Below, piece by piece: positions 29,538-38,766 of a stretch of DNA of 64,000 nucleotides (positions are counted from its first letter, which is position 1; each line of letters starts with the position of its first letter). The stretch lies in the sequence record MH752840.1. One strand, given 5' to 3'. Made by a program: the position numbers and the translations under genes. Under the pieces are notes generated by a model. The model saw only the letters and a list, made by a program, of their open reading frames with translations. It was not told where the DNA came from and searched no databases. Origin of the DNA: Escherichia phage vB_EcoM-Pr121LW.

Positions 29538-30118
29538 TAAGCATCTGCGAGATCGGCCTTACCTTGTACCAAATTGATCCCGTCTAGGAACCCAGGTTCA
29601 GATACTTCGCAGGCCTTAACCATCAACTTTTTATCCATTGTAACAGGTTTCTTCACAGTATGCTCTTTACCTGTCTTTTTGTCAAGCTTTTTCTTCTCCT
29701 CAAAAGCAAGTTCTTCAGGAAGATGACTACGAGCAAACTTTTTGGCAGTTGTTGGTGTCACTGTGTGGACCTTAAACAGGCCGTCATTTGCACAATCAGC
29801 TAAGGCATCCCAAAGCATAATTTCAAGACCGTAAAACAACCCGGCCAGTTCACGTGTGGCATCCCCGCGTGATCCAAAGGAAAGCCCTTCCATAACCACG
29901 GTGTCAACTCCGTGCGTGTGGATATAATATCTGACCTGTTTGCAGATCCAGTCAATACGCTCAGCAGCTGTTGCAAAAGAAACCGTCCCTGGTTTCTTTT
30001 CTTTTGCAGATGAGCTTTGAGTTCGTAACACAACCTTATGAACAGGCTTTCCATCGTCCCATACAACGCAGGCTGTGTGGGTAAGAGACTGATCTATAGA
30101 CAGCAGTCTTTCTCTCAT
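29489..30118 (-). CDS. RuvC-like Holliday junction resolvase (phage type)
   Basis: LSIDQSLTHTACVVWDDG N-terminus, VMEGLSF, DLADAYWIGRA consistent with RNase-H-fold resolvase. Confidence 0.45.
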   Translation of the reverse strand: MRERLLSIDQSLTHTACVVWDDGKPVHKVVLRTQSSSAKEKKPGTVSFATAAERIDWICKQVRYYIHTHGVDTVVMEGLSFGSRGDATRELAGLFYGLEIMLWDALADCANDGLFKVHTVTPTTAKKFARSHLPEELAFEEKKKLDKKTGKEHTVKKPVTMDKKLMVKACEVSEPGFLDGINLVQGKADLADAYWIGRAHLEGLSQSVK

Positions 30119-30441
30119 ACTGTTTCCTCTTCATCTAGGGAATAAGCTTTGTCTTTGAACAGCACAAGAGAGCAAAGCTTAACGTCTGTTTCCACGCTGG
30201 TAAACATGCATAGCCGCTCGCCCTCAATCAGCTCACAATCCTCTTTTAACACAGCAGACCATACACGATCATCTGCGTAATCATCAGTATACAAGATGTA
30301 TGCAATAGTGTCATCTTCATACAACCGCCACATACCTGTGGCAACAATAAATGTATTTTTTGTTTTAATGGTCCCTGTTGTATGATCATCCTCAAAAACA
30401 GCTTCCATAATTGCACTATCTACAGAATTTTTAGTCATCAA
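30115..30441 (-). CDS. hypothetical protein
   Basis: ORF. Confidence 0.35.
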   Translation of the reverse strand: MMTKNSVDSAIMEAVFEDDHTTGTIKTKNTFIVATGMWRLYEDDTIAYILYTDDYADDRVWSAVLKEDCELIEGERLCMFTSVETDVKLCSLVLFKDKAYSLDEEETV

Positions 30442-31577
30442 ATTGCTCCAACATTTCTAAGAACGTTAACAAGTTTTGTTTGATCATTGAATGTTCGCTT
30501 CATATACAAACAGTCAAAAATTATACTCATCCATTGACCTACGGAAATTCTACGATCAATACCATTGAAGTCAGTATACTTAACAACACCTTTCGGGAAC
30601 CACTTCTTGTACTGATCAATAATAGCCACCCACATCTCTTTTGGAGTGCTGCACTGAGACAGCAGGTAGAATGCTGAGGCATCCCCGAACTTACCTTTAC
30701 CGATAAGTCCTTGATACGGCTTGATATTGTCAGCAGAGTCACCACACAGCATTTGGTATCCGAAGAACAGCATTCCGTAACCACCAACCTCTCCATTAGG
30801 CTTCATGAAGATGTTCCCCATACCGTTATCGATCAGCATAGGGGTTTCCCTTACAAAATCTCCCTTATCGTTTCGCATAGGATCGAACACAAGCCCCGGT
30901 AGTGTTCTTTGGTCCTTATCAATAGAGATAATAAACTTGTTGAACTTACCTGTTTTTTGGTAGTGGTTCCAACCTTCAAATTGCTGGATAGCTAACCAGT
31001 CGTCAGCCTCGATACCGTTGATCACTTGAGCATTATACTGCTTTTGGAGATACTGTCTTGCATCTCCAAGCAGCAGTGGTCGAAGGGTATTGTTACGGTT
31101 GGCTTTGTATCTTTCCGGCATTGGAAGATCTAGTCTGAAGTTACCTGTGCCTCCCAACACCCCGACACATCGCTCCTCCGGAATACCAAGATAGTTAAGA
31201 ACTGCATTTGCCTTACATTTTATTGTGTGCAAGCAGTTCTCTACTGGGTCAGGTGTTTGGATATCCAAGACATCAAAATCTTCACGTGTCCACGGAATAA
31301 ACTCCTTACCAGACTTTTTACATGCGGCTTCACGGTTGGTATTCTCAGCTTTTAACCAACCACCAACGGTGTTCTTCTGCCGACCCCAGAACTCTGTTCG
31401 TGTTTTAAACATCTTCTTACGTCCGGAGGCTTTGTGTGTTACCTCAATTGTCCTTTTTTCACAACTTGCCGCAGCTTGATATGCAACCTGGTCGAAGTCA
31501 TAATAAACTATAGCGTCAGGTTCGAGAAGATCAGCAAGACAATCTACAGATTCAATAAGTGGATATTCTCTACTCAA
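30438..31577 (-). CDS. 5'-3' exonuclease / flap endonuclease (FEN / RNase H family)
   Basis: GIEADDWLA and LCGDSADNIKPYQG (H3TH) motifs. Confidence 0.7.
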   Translation of the reverse strand: MSREYPLIESVDCLADLLEPDAIVYYDFDQVAYQAAASCEKRTIEVTHKASGRKKMFKTRTEFWGRQKNTVGGWLKAENTNREAACKKSGKEFIPWTREDFDVLDIQTPDPVENCLHTIKCKANAVLNYLGIPEERCVGVLGGTGNFRLDLPMPERYKANRNNTLRPLLLGDARQYLQKQYNAQVINGIEADDWLAIQQFEGWNHYQKTGKFNKFIISIDKDQRTLPGLVFDPMRNDKGDFVRETPMLIDNGMGNIFMKPNGEVGGYGMLFFGYQMLCGDSADNIKPYQGLIGKGKFGDASAFYLLSQCSTPKEMWVAIIDQYKKWFPKGVVKYTDFNGIDRRISVGQWMSIIFDCLYMKRTFNDQTKLVNVLRNVGAI

Positions 31578-31878
31578 AGCCCCTCCTGTTAGTTATTCTG
31601 CAAGATGGTTGGATGCTGTAATGAAATGCATCATCACTCTCTGCAATAAGTGACTCAACATCCCAATACTTTTCAAAAAGGAACGGATTAGACCCCCAGT
31701 GGTGGGTTATTTTCATCAAGGAGTCTGGTATCATATAACCACAGATCTTAATTACATCACCCGGTTGAATTGTGTTTTCATGAAGGTTTTTTGCCTTCTT
31801 CAGAATCATACCTTTGTGATTCTCGTTTGCATACAACTGGACGATATCTTTATCTTCAACAATAAAAATTTTAAGCAT
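31570..31878 (-). CDS. hypothetical protein
   Basis: ORF. Confidence 0.35.
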   Translation of the reverse strand: MLKIFIVEDKDIVQLYANENHKGMILKKAKNLHENTIQPGDVIKICGYMIPDSLMKITHHWGSNPFLFEKYWDVESLIAESDDAFHYSIQPSCRITNRRGFE

Positions 31879-31937
31879 ACCTAGTTCTCCTAGTTAATAA
31901 ATAGTTAACTGATAATATCAGATCAGAGACTCATTTG

Positions 31938-32231
31938 TCAAGACTTTTTAGTCTTTCTTGGAGAGCTTTTTGTTGATCTTTTTCTTTTGTGGTAAATTCC
32001 AAGTGCAGCATTTTCTTGGGCACACGTTTTAACGGTTTTTAGATCAGAGCTTTCAGCTTTAGGTAGATTAAGCTCCCACCAACCCAACCAGTAAAGCTCT
32101 GATTCCGACAGCTGCTCAGATTCAGACTTCCGATACAAGGCTTGCATACCTCTGATGATATCGTCCAAAGGTGTATCGAATACAAAAGCTGTCTTATCAA
32201 ATTTCTCTTTTACAGGTTTCTTAGCCATCAA
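31938..32231 (-). CDS. hypothetical protein with basic C-terminus
   Basis: ORF. Confidence 0.3.
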   Translation of the reverse strand: MMAKKPVKEKFDKTAFVFDTPLDDIIRGMQALYRKSESEQLSESELYWLGWWELNLPKAESSDLKTVKTCAQENAALGIYHKRKRSTKSSPRKTKKS

Positions 32232-32685
32232 GGTAACCCTCTATCCACGAAAAGTCAGTCTTCCATTCTGGAACTTTACTAAGCTCACGCCACTCTGCAA
32301 AGCAGTCTCGGTAATAGGCCTCCGCCATACCCTTGGTGATCTTATTCACCTTAGCTAACTGACTAACTGCCTGAGCATACTTCCCACGGATATTTGCTAA
32401 ACCAGGATGCACCGATGTGTGACAATCCGGGCACAACGCTATCAGTCCGACAAGCCGGATCACTCCCTCTTCGAAAGTGTAAAGTTCATGACACTCAACT
32501 GGATGTTTGCTGCCTTTACCTCCGCACACCTCGCAAGTGTAGTTTGCTTCTCTGTAGCACTTCTTACGGATCTTATCCCACTCACTCTTCTTCACAGCGT
32601 TTCGGAGGTTATTATACCAAGCTGTTTCTGGGATCAGTTGCACAATAAGCCTGCGTTCAGACTTCATTAAACGTCCGTCTTCCAC
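32221..32685 (-). CDS. putative HNH-family endonuclease (free-standing)
   Basis: CEVCGG...HPVECHELY...CPDCH metal-binding pattern. Confidence 0.4.
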   Translation of the reverse strand: MEDGRLMKSERRLIVQLIPETAWYNNLRNAVKKSEWDKIRKKCYREANYTCEVCGGKGSKHPVECHELYTFEEGVIRLVGLIALCPDCHTSVHPGLANIRGKYAQAVSQLAKVNKITKGMAEAYYRDCFAEWRELSKVPEWKTDFSWIEGYLDG

Positions 32686-32694
32686 GTATTCTCC

Positions 32695-32901
32695 TCATTC
32701 AAAGAAATGGGTGCGAGGACAAGATCCAGCCTCGCCTTGTTTCACAAGCTCGTAGAGCTCACCTTGACTTGTCTCATAAAGGCAAATACGTTTACCATTG
32801 TCCCGATATACATCGACAAGATACGCTGTTTCACCTGCAAACACGACACCACAGGCCAGACATGCTGCCATGAACAAAATTGCCAACAGAAAATCTTTCA
32901 T
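32695..32901 (-). CDS. small secreted or membrane protein
   Basis: N-terminal hydrophobic signal-like segment LLAILFMAACLACGVVFA. Confidence 0.35.
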   Translation of the reverse strand: MKDFLLAILFMAACLACGVVFAGETAYLVDVYRDNGKRICLYETSQGELYELVKQGEAGSCPRTHFFE

Positions 32902-32906
32902 GGTTA

Positions 32907-32935
32907 AGCCCTCCTAAACATTTTATGAGGTAACA
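32907..32935 (-). promoter_or_regulatory. sigma70-like promoter (minus strand) TTGACA-17-TATTGT
   Basis: Reverse complement TTGACAtaaccacacggacgtggTATTGT upstream of 32695-32901; shares CATAACCACAC with the region upstream of the endolysin gene. Confidence 0.4.
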
Positions 32936-32964
32936 ATACCACGTCCGTGTGGTTATGTCAATGA

Positions 32965-33435
32965 TCAATCAAGGACAACACCGCCTGCCTTTTTAAACAC
33001 CTCGATCAACTTCTCGATCTTCTGTTCATGCTGACCATATCCAGCACCAGGTAACGAAGCCCAGCGGGAACGGCATTTATGGATAGCCTCGTGGATACGC
33101 CCTTCGTCAATGTCGGCGAGAGCCTTGCACTCACGGATAAGTTGCAACGCAATCTTGTCCTGACTGGCAGGGCCAAAATCTGGCAATCCTAACTGTTCCA
33201 TGTAGTGTTTAGCAAACTTCTCCAAAACCTGGTAACGACCAGCAGCGGAGGAGGTAAGTTTAGCATTTAGCTTAACGTACACACCTGGATGCTTGCTGTA
33301 ATCGCTAAACAGCTTGCCACCAACTATGACATCGTATCCACGATCCTTAGTGGGTTGCCTACCATTATCTGTGCCTTCCGAATATGCGATCATATCCAAG
33401 AAAGCTTTTCGTTGAACATTTTTATCAAGTTTCAT
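32965..33435 (-). CDS. endolysin, lambda R-like lytic transglycosylase
   Basis: QRKAFLDMIAYSEGTDNGRQ...GYDVIVGG...AGRYQ...WASLPGAGYGQ closely follows lambda R as recalled. Confidence 0.85.
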   Translation of the reverse strand: MKLDKNVQRKAFLDMIAYSEGTDNGRQPTKDRGYDVIVGGKLFSDYSKHPGVYVKLNAKLTSSAAGRYQVLEKFAKHYMEQLGLPDFGPASQDKIALQLIRECKALADIDEGRIHEAIHKCRSRWASLPGAGYGQHEQKIEKLIEVFKKAGGVVLD

Positions 33436-33558
33436 TTTTCATACTCTCCAGTTTACTCATAACTAACACGATCAACAACACTACACAGTGTGGTTATGTA
33501 TGTGCCGATTGAAAACCATCATTCAATTGGCTACCGTTACCTACTGAACCTTCCTACA

Positions 33559-34842
33559 TCATTCAAGCACCTCCCAAGTGTCTGGGTTAACATTTCGGAC
33601 GCAGATACCGACAGGGAATTGGTAGTTGTTGTCTTCTGTCCTTGCTTGGTATTTGAAGGTGACAAACTTGCCGATCATTTCCTGCATCCTGTCATAGCTA
33701 CGCTCCTCGTGCGTGCCTTTCATCTTCATTTTAACAACAACACCTTCCTTGTCAACACAGATAAGAACACCTTCATCATTCTTATCTTTCTCAACGTCAA
33801 TAACTTTCACCTCTGCGTCGTTGAACTTTTTCCATTTCAATGCTTCAGATGTTCGCTGACCGTACTCGTATTTACCGCAGAAATTACGCATGATAGTACC
33901 TTCATATCCTTCGGACATGAATATACCAACAGATTCTTCGCAATGATCAACTGTGTACGCAAGCTCTGCGTCAACAACCTTGATATGATCAAGCATCAGA
34001 GTGGTAACGGTATCCTCTGCATCCATAAGATCCTTGCAGCGTCCAGACTCTGTTTCTGGATCCCACCACACCTTGTCGCTAGGAATATCAAAAATGTGAT
34101 ACTCCAGATCGTAGCTACAGTACCCACCGTAACGCAAATCATCACGAACAGGCTCAACATCGACAGGAATATCTACCTTGTTGAAGTTTTTGTATGTTGA
34201 TAAGCCTGCCTTAATTGCGGCATGACGGCGTTTTTTATCTGCCTCATAGTCTTTATCGATCTCGGCCTGAATCTCTTCCTGTGTGCGCCACCGTTTAGCA
34301 AGAGACACTATTTTCTGCAAAGGAAGACCATGAATGTATAGTTCCCCATCAAGTTGTTTAATACCAGTGGTAGAATGGAAAGAACGAAGTTGCTCTAAAA
34401 GCTTTCCTTGAATAGGGTAGGACTTATTACCACGGGAAATAAATTTAGGCTCACCATTTTGGAAAACAACAAGCAGACGAAGGCCATCTAACTTACGCAA
34501 GATCCAGCAAGGTAATTTAAGTGCCTTGCCACGCTTCAGGTAGTCATGCACCAGCATGGGTAAAAGGTCAACACCCTGCTCGCAATCTTCCATGTTTTCA
34601 ACATACCCCAGACGGACTTGTTTTTCCCACTTGCTGATAGCCTCAAGCTCGGCCTGTTGCTCAGCTGTAGTCTCATTGGCACGACCTACGTTCTTAGGTG
34701 TGCATACCGTCTCTTTGTACTGCAATTTACCGTCAAGCTTGCCAAACTCTACGATAACCTTTTCGCCATCAGTGAATACTTTCCACTGTTGGTAGCTGCC
34801 ATCTTTGTTCAGTGCGTACAGTGTTGTTTTGATTTGATGCAT
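33559..34842 (-). CDS. ATP-dependent DNA ligase
   Basis: KLDGLR (motif I), EGYEGTIMRN (motif IV), LKWKKF (motif V). Confidence 0.8.
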   Translation of the reverse strand: MHQIKTTLYALNKDGSYQQWKVFTDGEKVIVEFGKLDGKLQYKETVCTPKNVGRANETTAEQQAELEAISKWEKQVRLGYVENMEDCEQGVDLLPMLVHDYLKRGKALKLPCWILRKLDGLRLLVVFQNGEPKFISRGNKSYPIQGKLLEQLRSFHSTTGIKQLDGELYIHGLPLQKIVSLAKRWRTQEEIQAEIDKDYEADKKRRHAAIKAGLSTYKNFNKVDIPVDVEPVRDDLRYGGYCSYDLEYHIFDIPSDKVWWDPETESGRCKDLMDAEDTVTTLMLDHIKVVDAELAYTVDHCEESVGIFMSEGYEGTIMRNFCGKYEYGQRTSEALKWKKFNDAEVKVIDVEKDKNDEGVLICVDKEGVVVKMKMKGTHEERSYDRMQEMIGKFVTFKYQARTEDNNYQFPVGICVRNVNPDTWEVLE

Positions 34843-35111
34843 TACTCGGCCTCTTCCTTAAAAATTTTAAACATCTCTTCTTTACTCATTACCAACCAGT
34901 CTCCCATAAAGTCAACTAGCCAATCCCCCTGGTACAAGACAAGGTTACCAAAAGGCTCGACAAGCTCACACATGCGACGAAGATCTCTGGTCCGAACAGG
35001 TGACGATGTAAACACACCTGTATCAATCCACCGTTGCAGATCAGATACTGATGAAGAGCTTCCGTCAAACTGGTGGGCTTCTACAGGTTTAGCAAGATTA
35101 AATAACGGCAT
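34842..35111 (-). CDS. hypothetical protein
   Basis: ORF. Confidence 0.35.
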   Translation of the reverse strand: MPLFNLAKPVEAHQFDGSSSSVSDLQRWIDTGVFTSSPVRTRDLRRMCELVEPFGNLVLYQGDWLVDFMGDWLVMSKEEMFKIFKEEAE

Positions 35112-35406
35112 TGCAGTCCTCCTTCTGTAGTAGGTCTTTTATAGGATAAACAAGTAAGTGTGGATCGGAATAACGTATAGTCTTATTCTGCCACACTATG
35201 AACTTTATTACAACCAAATTTACAATATCTTTATCACCATGTAGCCCAACACACACATTTGTCCATATTTTGTGGTTGAAGATCTTGCTATCGATGTAGA
35301 TTTTAGTGTCAAACTTATCTTCCATTCTACCTATAAGTTTGATCAGCTCCTTCATCTGGTCGCCAAACACAGCATCTTTTTCAAGATCTCTGGAATGCTT
35401 GTACAT
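35098..35406 (-). CDS. hypothetical protein
   Basis: ORF. Confidence 0.3.
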   Translation of the reverse strand: MYKHSRDLEKDAVFGDQMKELIKLIGRMEDKFDTKIYIDSKIFNHKIWTNVCVGLHGDKDIVNLVVIKFIVWQNKTIRYSDPHLLVYPIKDLLQKEDCNAVI

Positions 35407-35468
35407 AACTAACTACCTCGCTGCATACTTTCCATAATAAGTAAAGCCGGGATTACCCGGCTATGTTG

Positions 35469-36182
35469 TCAAATAGACTCTGTTACATCCTTGAAGCTCG
35501 AAGGCTTCATGATCTTACCTTTACTGTCAAGGAATATGATAACTTTATTACCGTTGTAGAACTCTTCCTTAGCAACAAAACCTTCGTAGCGACCACCAAA
35601 ACGACGCTCAAGATCTTTAATCTCCAACTCGATGAGTTGTTCAGCAGGCATATCTGCACTGGCACCGTGTGAATGCCGTAGATGGTTGATCCGTGCAAAC
35701 TTACTGTCATTAGATTTGAGAACCTTCCGCATCATCCCACACACATCGCCGCGAAGCTGGAACAGCAAAGCTGTTGACAACTCCGCTAAGCGGTAAGCTG
35801 ACGCTCTTTGCTTGGATGTGTTTTTCGCAGCGATCAGTGTATCATAGAACTCACCAATCTTGAACTTAAGACCTCGTGGATTATCAAACAGGTTTGACCA
35901 CTTTTCGTGATTGTCATTAACAAGATAGGCGGCATAACTTGTGACAACGTGAAGATCGCAGGCCTCTTTTAACAGGTGATCTCCACCATCACCTTTCTCC
36001 AGCTCTTCCAAAACCTCATTGAACTCTTCCTCAATGAAGCTAAGCTGTAATTCGAATGGTGTGTATGATTTTTTCACTTTAGCTGCCACACGGTTCCAGT
36101 TTTCCACCCAGTTGGCAGACCAAAGGTAGTTTTCAGGCTGAGACAGTTTTTCCAGGTTGTCGATCAGTTTAGTATTCAGCAT
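35469..36182 (-). CDS. putative MazG-like nucleotide pyrophosphohydrolase
   Basis: FIEEEFNEVLEELEKGD...LLKEACDL resembles the MazG EExxE...D metal-binding helices. Confidence 0.35.
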   Translation of the reverse strand: MLNTKLIDNLEKLSQPENYLWSANWVENWNRVAAKVKKSYTPFELQLSFIEEEFNEVLEELEKGDGGDHLLKEACDLHVVTSYAAYLVNDNHEKWSNLFDNPRGLKFKIGEFYDTLIAAKNTSKQRASAYRLAELSTALLFQLRGDVCGMMRKVLKSNDSKFARINHLRHSHGASADMPAEQLIELEIKDLERRFGGRYEGFVAKEEFYNGNKVIIFLDSKGKIMKPSSFKDVTESI

Positions 36183-36195
36183 TAAAGGTCTCCTT

Positions 36196-36957
36196 TTAAA
36201 GTTCCATAAAGTTTTCTACAGTTTCAATAAATGCTTTATCAGAGAAAGCGTCAACAGCACCGTTAAACCATACAGGGATCCCGCGATCCTCATATTGATA
36301 AAGGTCGCTACGTGAAATGCCACTTCCATCTGCACTCTGCGAGTCATACTTGTTTACAATCAGCAGTTTTGTGCCTTTACAAGTAGCAGGAAACAATTCC
36401 CAGTTAAAATTAATAACTGTGTTAGAACAACCTACCAGGATCACCATATCATTGCTTGTGAGAGATGTCAACAGGTCATACATGTCTGTATACTTAGGAG
36501 CAACCTCACCGAAGAACACTACATTAGGCTTAACCCAGGTATACTTGCCTGTATCTACCTCCGTATATCCGATATTTTTAATTACATCGTTACCTTCAGC
36601 ATCTTCGTAGGTGATTTCAGGCAAATACCCGTGGACATGTAAAATATCTTCATGTTTTACACCAGCACGCTCCAGCAAATCATCTACATTGGTGGTAAGG
36701 TTGATCACACGACCAGACCAGCGGGAATACCACTCAGCGATCCGAAGATGTGCAAGGTTAGGATCAACACTGCCCAGAGCTACACGACGTGCATTGTAAA
36801 AGTCATGCACCTTATAGTAGTTCTTGGCAAAGGTGTGGATGTTGCACACCTCATCGATGCTGAAATTCTCCCACATTGCAGTGCTACCAGATCGGAAAGT
36901 GGGAATACCAGATTCAGCGCTCAAACCGGCACCGGAGATAATAATCAGTCGTCGCAT
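36196..36957 (-). CDS. Sir2/CobB-family NAD-dependent protein, lacking the zinc-binding cysteines
   Basis: GAGLSAESGIPTFR, FYNARR, NLTTNVDDLLERAG, HVHG and VVFFGE motifs in sirtuin order; no CxxC pairs. Confidence 0.7.
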   Translation of the reverse strand: MRRLIIISGAGLSAESGIPTFRSGSTAMWENFSIDEVCNIHTFAKNYYKVHDFYNARRVALGSVDPNLAHLRIAEWYSRWSGRVINLTTNVDDLLERAGVKHEDILHVHGYLPEITYEDAEGNDVIKNIGYTEVDTGKYTWVKPNVVFFGEVAPKYTDMYDLLTSLTSNDMVILVGCSNTVINFNWELFPATCKGTKLLIVNKYDSQSADGSGISRSDLYQYEDRGIPVWFNGAVDAFSDKAFIETVENFMEL

Positions 36958-36965
36958 AAGTGTCC

Positions 36966-37316
36966 TCAGTAGATGTTTTGTTTAATCTCTATTCCAAACT
37001 TCTTGAATGAGTCAGCAGCAAGCATAAATTTACGAGCTGCCGATGGATTAGAAGTATGTACGAAAATCTTCACGTTGTCAATCACTGGAGGCTTACCGAA
37101 TACAAATTTTTCCTCCAACATGGATAGGCAATCGTATCCTTCGAATACTTCTCCTAGGTCGTTGTCCATATGCCACTCAGAAACGCGTCTGTAGAGCTTT
37201 CCCTTATCGTTAATAAAATCCATAAACTCTGAGGAATTCTTCAGCCAAATAGCGTCTGGGAGTCCATAATTTGACGGATCTCTCAAATCATCCAGCCACA
37301 CAATCCACTTCTTCAT
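36966..37316 (-). CDS. hypothetical protein, possibly co-functional with the Sir2-like gene
   Basis: ORF with 4-nt overlap to RNA ligase gene. Confidence 0.35.
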   Translation of the reverse strand: MKKWIVWLDDLRDPSNYGLPDAIWLKNSSEFMDFINDKGKLYRRVSEWHMDNDLGEVFEGYDCLSMLEEKFVFGKPPVIDNVKIFVHTSNPSAARKFMLAADSFKKFGIEIKQNIY

Positions 37317-38248
37317 TGCATATAGTCCTCGTTGTGGAAATAGTAGTCCAGTATCTCACGACGCTCCTGCTCTAATAAGCAATTCCACACATCTTCTGTA
37401 TAGTTGCTACGAATAAATTTTACCATACCGTAAAACTCTTCGTCAACACGTTTAAAGATATCATCATCCCAAATCTTCCAAGCTTTACCCCTCATTACTG
37501 CCTTCCGTGCCAGATAGTATGGAGACTTGATCTTCAGCTGCAGATCATAAGGGTAGTAAGGCTTACGAATCATATACCCTTCACCTCTTGTTTCTGCAGC
37601 TAATTCTTTTGCATAGCTGAACGGAATTTCACGCACAGTGTGAGGACGTTTTGCACCAAGGTATTTGGCAATCCCATCTAAAGCTGCTTCTGGTAGCATT
37701 ATTCCAGAATCATTATATCTGCAACCTATCAAATATGCGCCATGATCTTCCTGAACAATATGCGGATCTGAAGGGTGGCAAATTTCAAACATGAATGTCA
37801 TGTTTTCATTGCCCATAACCTTCTTGATAAGATCTAAATTACCACATTGCTCCTTGATGGTTTCTTTTGCGAGGTTACAATATGGGGAATCAAGAGACCC
37901 GGTTGTTGAGAACAATAGTTCACCTTTATGAGATGATACCACACCGAGGAATCCGTTCTTTTTCTCTACCGCAGTAACAAGTTTACTGTCCGGTAGGTTG
38001 GTGGAGTTTTCTCCTAAGTTGAATACTTTTGTGAAAGGCCATGCCACAACATTCCCCTCATTGCCAACAACAATACCTCGGCACTCCAGTAAACGCGGAG
38101 ACAAATGCCACAGATCGTTGTAGAATACTTTTCTGGCATATTTATAGATCTTTAATCCAAGATCTGGATAATACCGACTGGTTACAAGACCTTTGTCTAC
38201 TAGGTCATCTGCATTAAAATACTTCATCATACGTTCCTCATTTGTCAT
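37313..38248 (-). CDS. RNA ligase (Rnl2-like nucleotidyltransferase)
   Basis: EKKNGF (motif I-like KxNG), EGYMIRKP (motif IV), LKIKSPYY (motif V). Confidence 0.5.
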   Translation of the reverse strand: MTNEERMMKYFNADDLVDKGLVTSRYYPDLGLKIYKYARKVFYNDLWHLSPRLLECRGIVVGNEGNVVAWPFTKVFNLGENSTNLPDSKLVTAVEKKNGFLGVVSSHKGELLFSTTGSLDSPYCNLAKETIKEQCGNLDLIKKVMGNENMTFMFEICHPSDPHIVQEDHGAYLIGCRYNDSGIMLPEAALDGIAKYLGAKRPHTVREIPFSYAKELAAETRGEGYMIRKPYYPYDLQLKIKSPYYLARKAVMRGKAWKIWDDDIFKRVDEEFYGMVKFIRSNYTEDVWNCLLEQERREILDYYFHNEDYMQ

Positions 38249-38291
38249 TTTGTCAGTCTATCCTGCCACACAAATAACCTAGTGTCAACAC

Positions 38292-38320
38292 TTGAAATTA
38301 ACAAAACAGTTAGGTATACT
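38292..38320 (+). promoter_or_regulatory. sigma70-like promoter TTGAAA-17-TATACT
   Basis: Hexamers at 38292-38297 and 38315-38320 in the divergent intergenic region. Confidence 0.5.
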
Positions 38321-38348
38321 ATCATTAAAATTAAAACGGAGGATTGCT

Positions 38349-38759
38349 ATGTCTAAAATGCTATATATCGTGCGTGGTCTGCCAGGGTCTGGCAAATCAA
38401 CACTGGCAAATGCGCTATCTTTAGAAGGTCTGTATCCACATTTTGAGAATGACATGTTTTGGTATGACGATGACGGCAATTACAACTGGGATGCAAGTAA
38501 AGTAACACTCGCAGCAAAATGGTGCAAAGATAACGTAGAAGATATGATGCGTATGGGATACGACCGTATCGTGGTAAGTAATACGTTTACAAAAGAAAAA
38601 CATGTGCAGGAATATGTTGACATGGCAATCAGTCATGGGTATAGTTATACCGTAATCGTGGTTGAAAACCGCCACGGTAATAAAAGCATTCATGATGTTC
38701 CAGACAAGGTTGTGGATCGTATGGAACGCCAGCTTAAAAACTGCATTAAACTTAAATGA
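38349..38759 (+). CDS. P-loop kinase, polynucleotide-kinase-like
   Basis: GGAGG RBS 6 nt before ATG; Walker A GLPGSGKST; track ORF starts at a TTG that is the promoter -35. Confidence 0.5.
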   Translation: MSKMLYIVRGLPGSGKSTLANALSLEGLYPHFENDMFWYDDDGNYNWDASKVTLAAKWCKDNVEDMMRMGYDRIVVSNTFTKEKHVQEYVDMAISHGYSYTVIVVENRHGNKSIHDVPDKVVDRMERQLKNCIKLK

Positions 38760-38766
38760 GGAATGT

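Noticed and set aside
38292-38348. TTG start for the kinase gene at 38292 as given in the ORF track
   Set aside because: That TTG is the -35 hexamer of the promoter; the real start is the ATG at 38349 with a GGAGG RBS.
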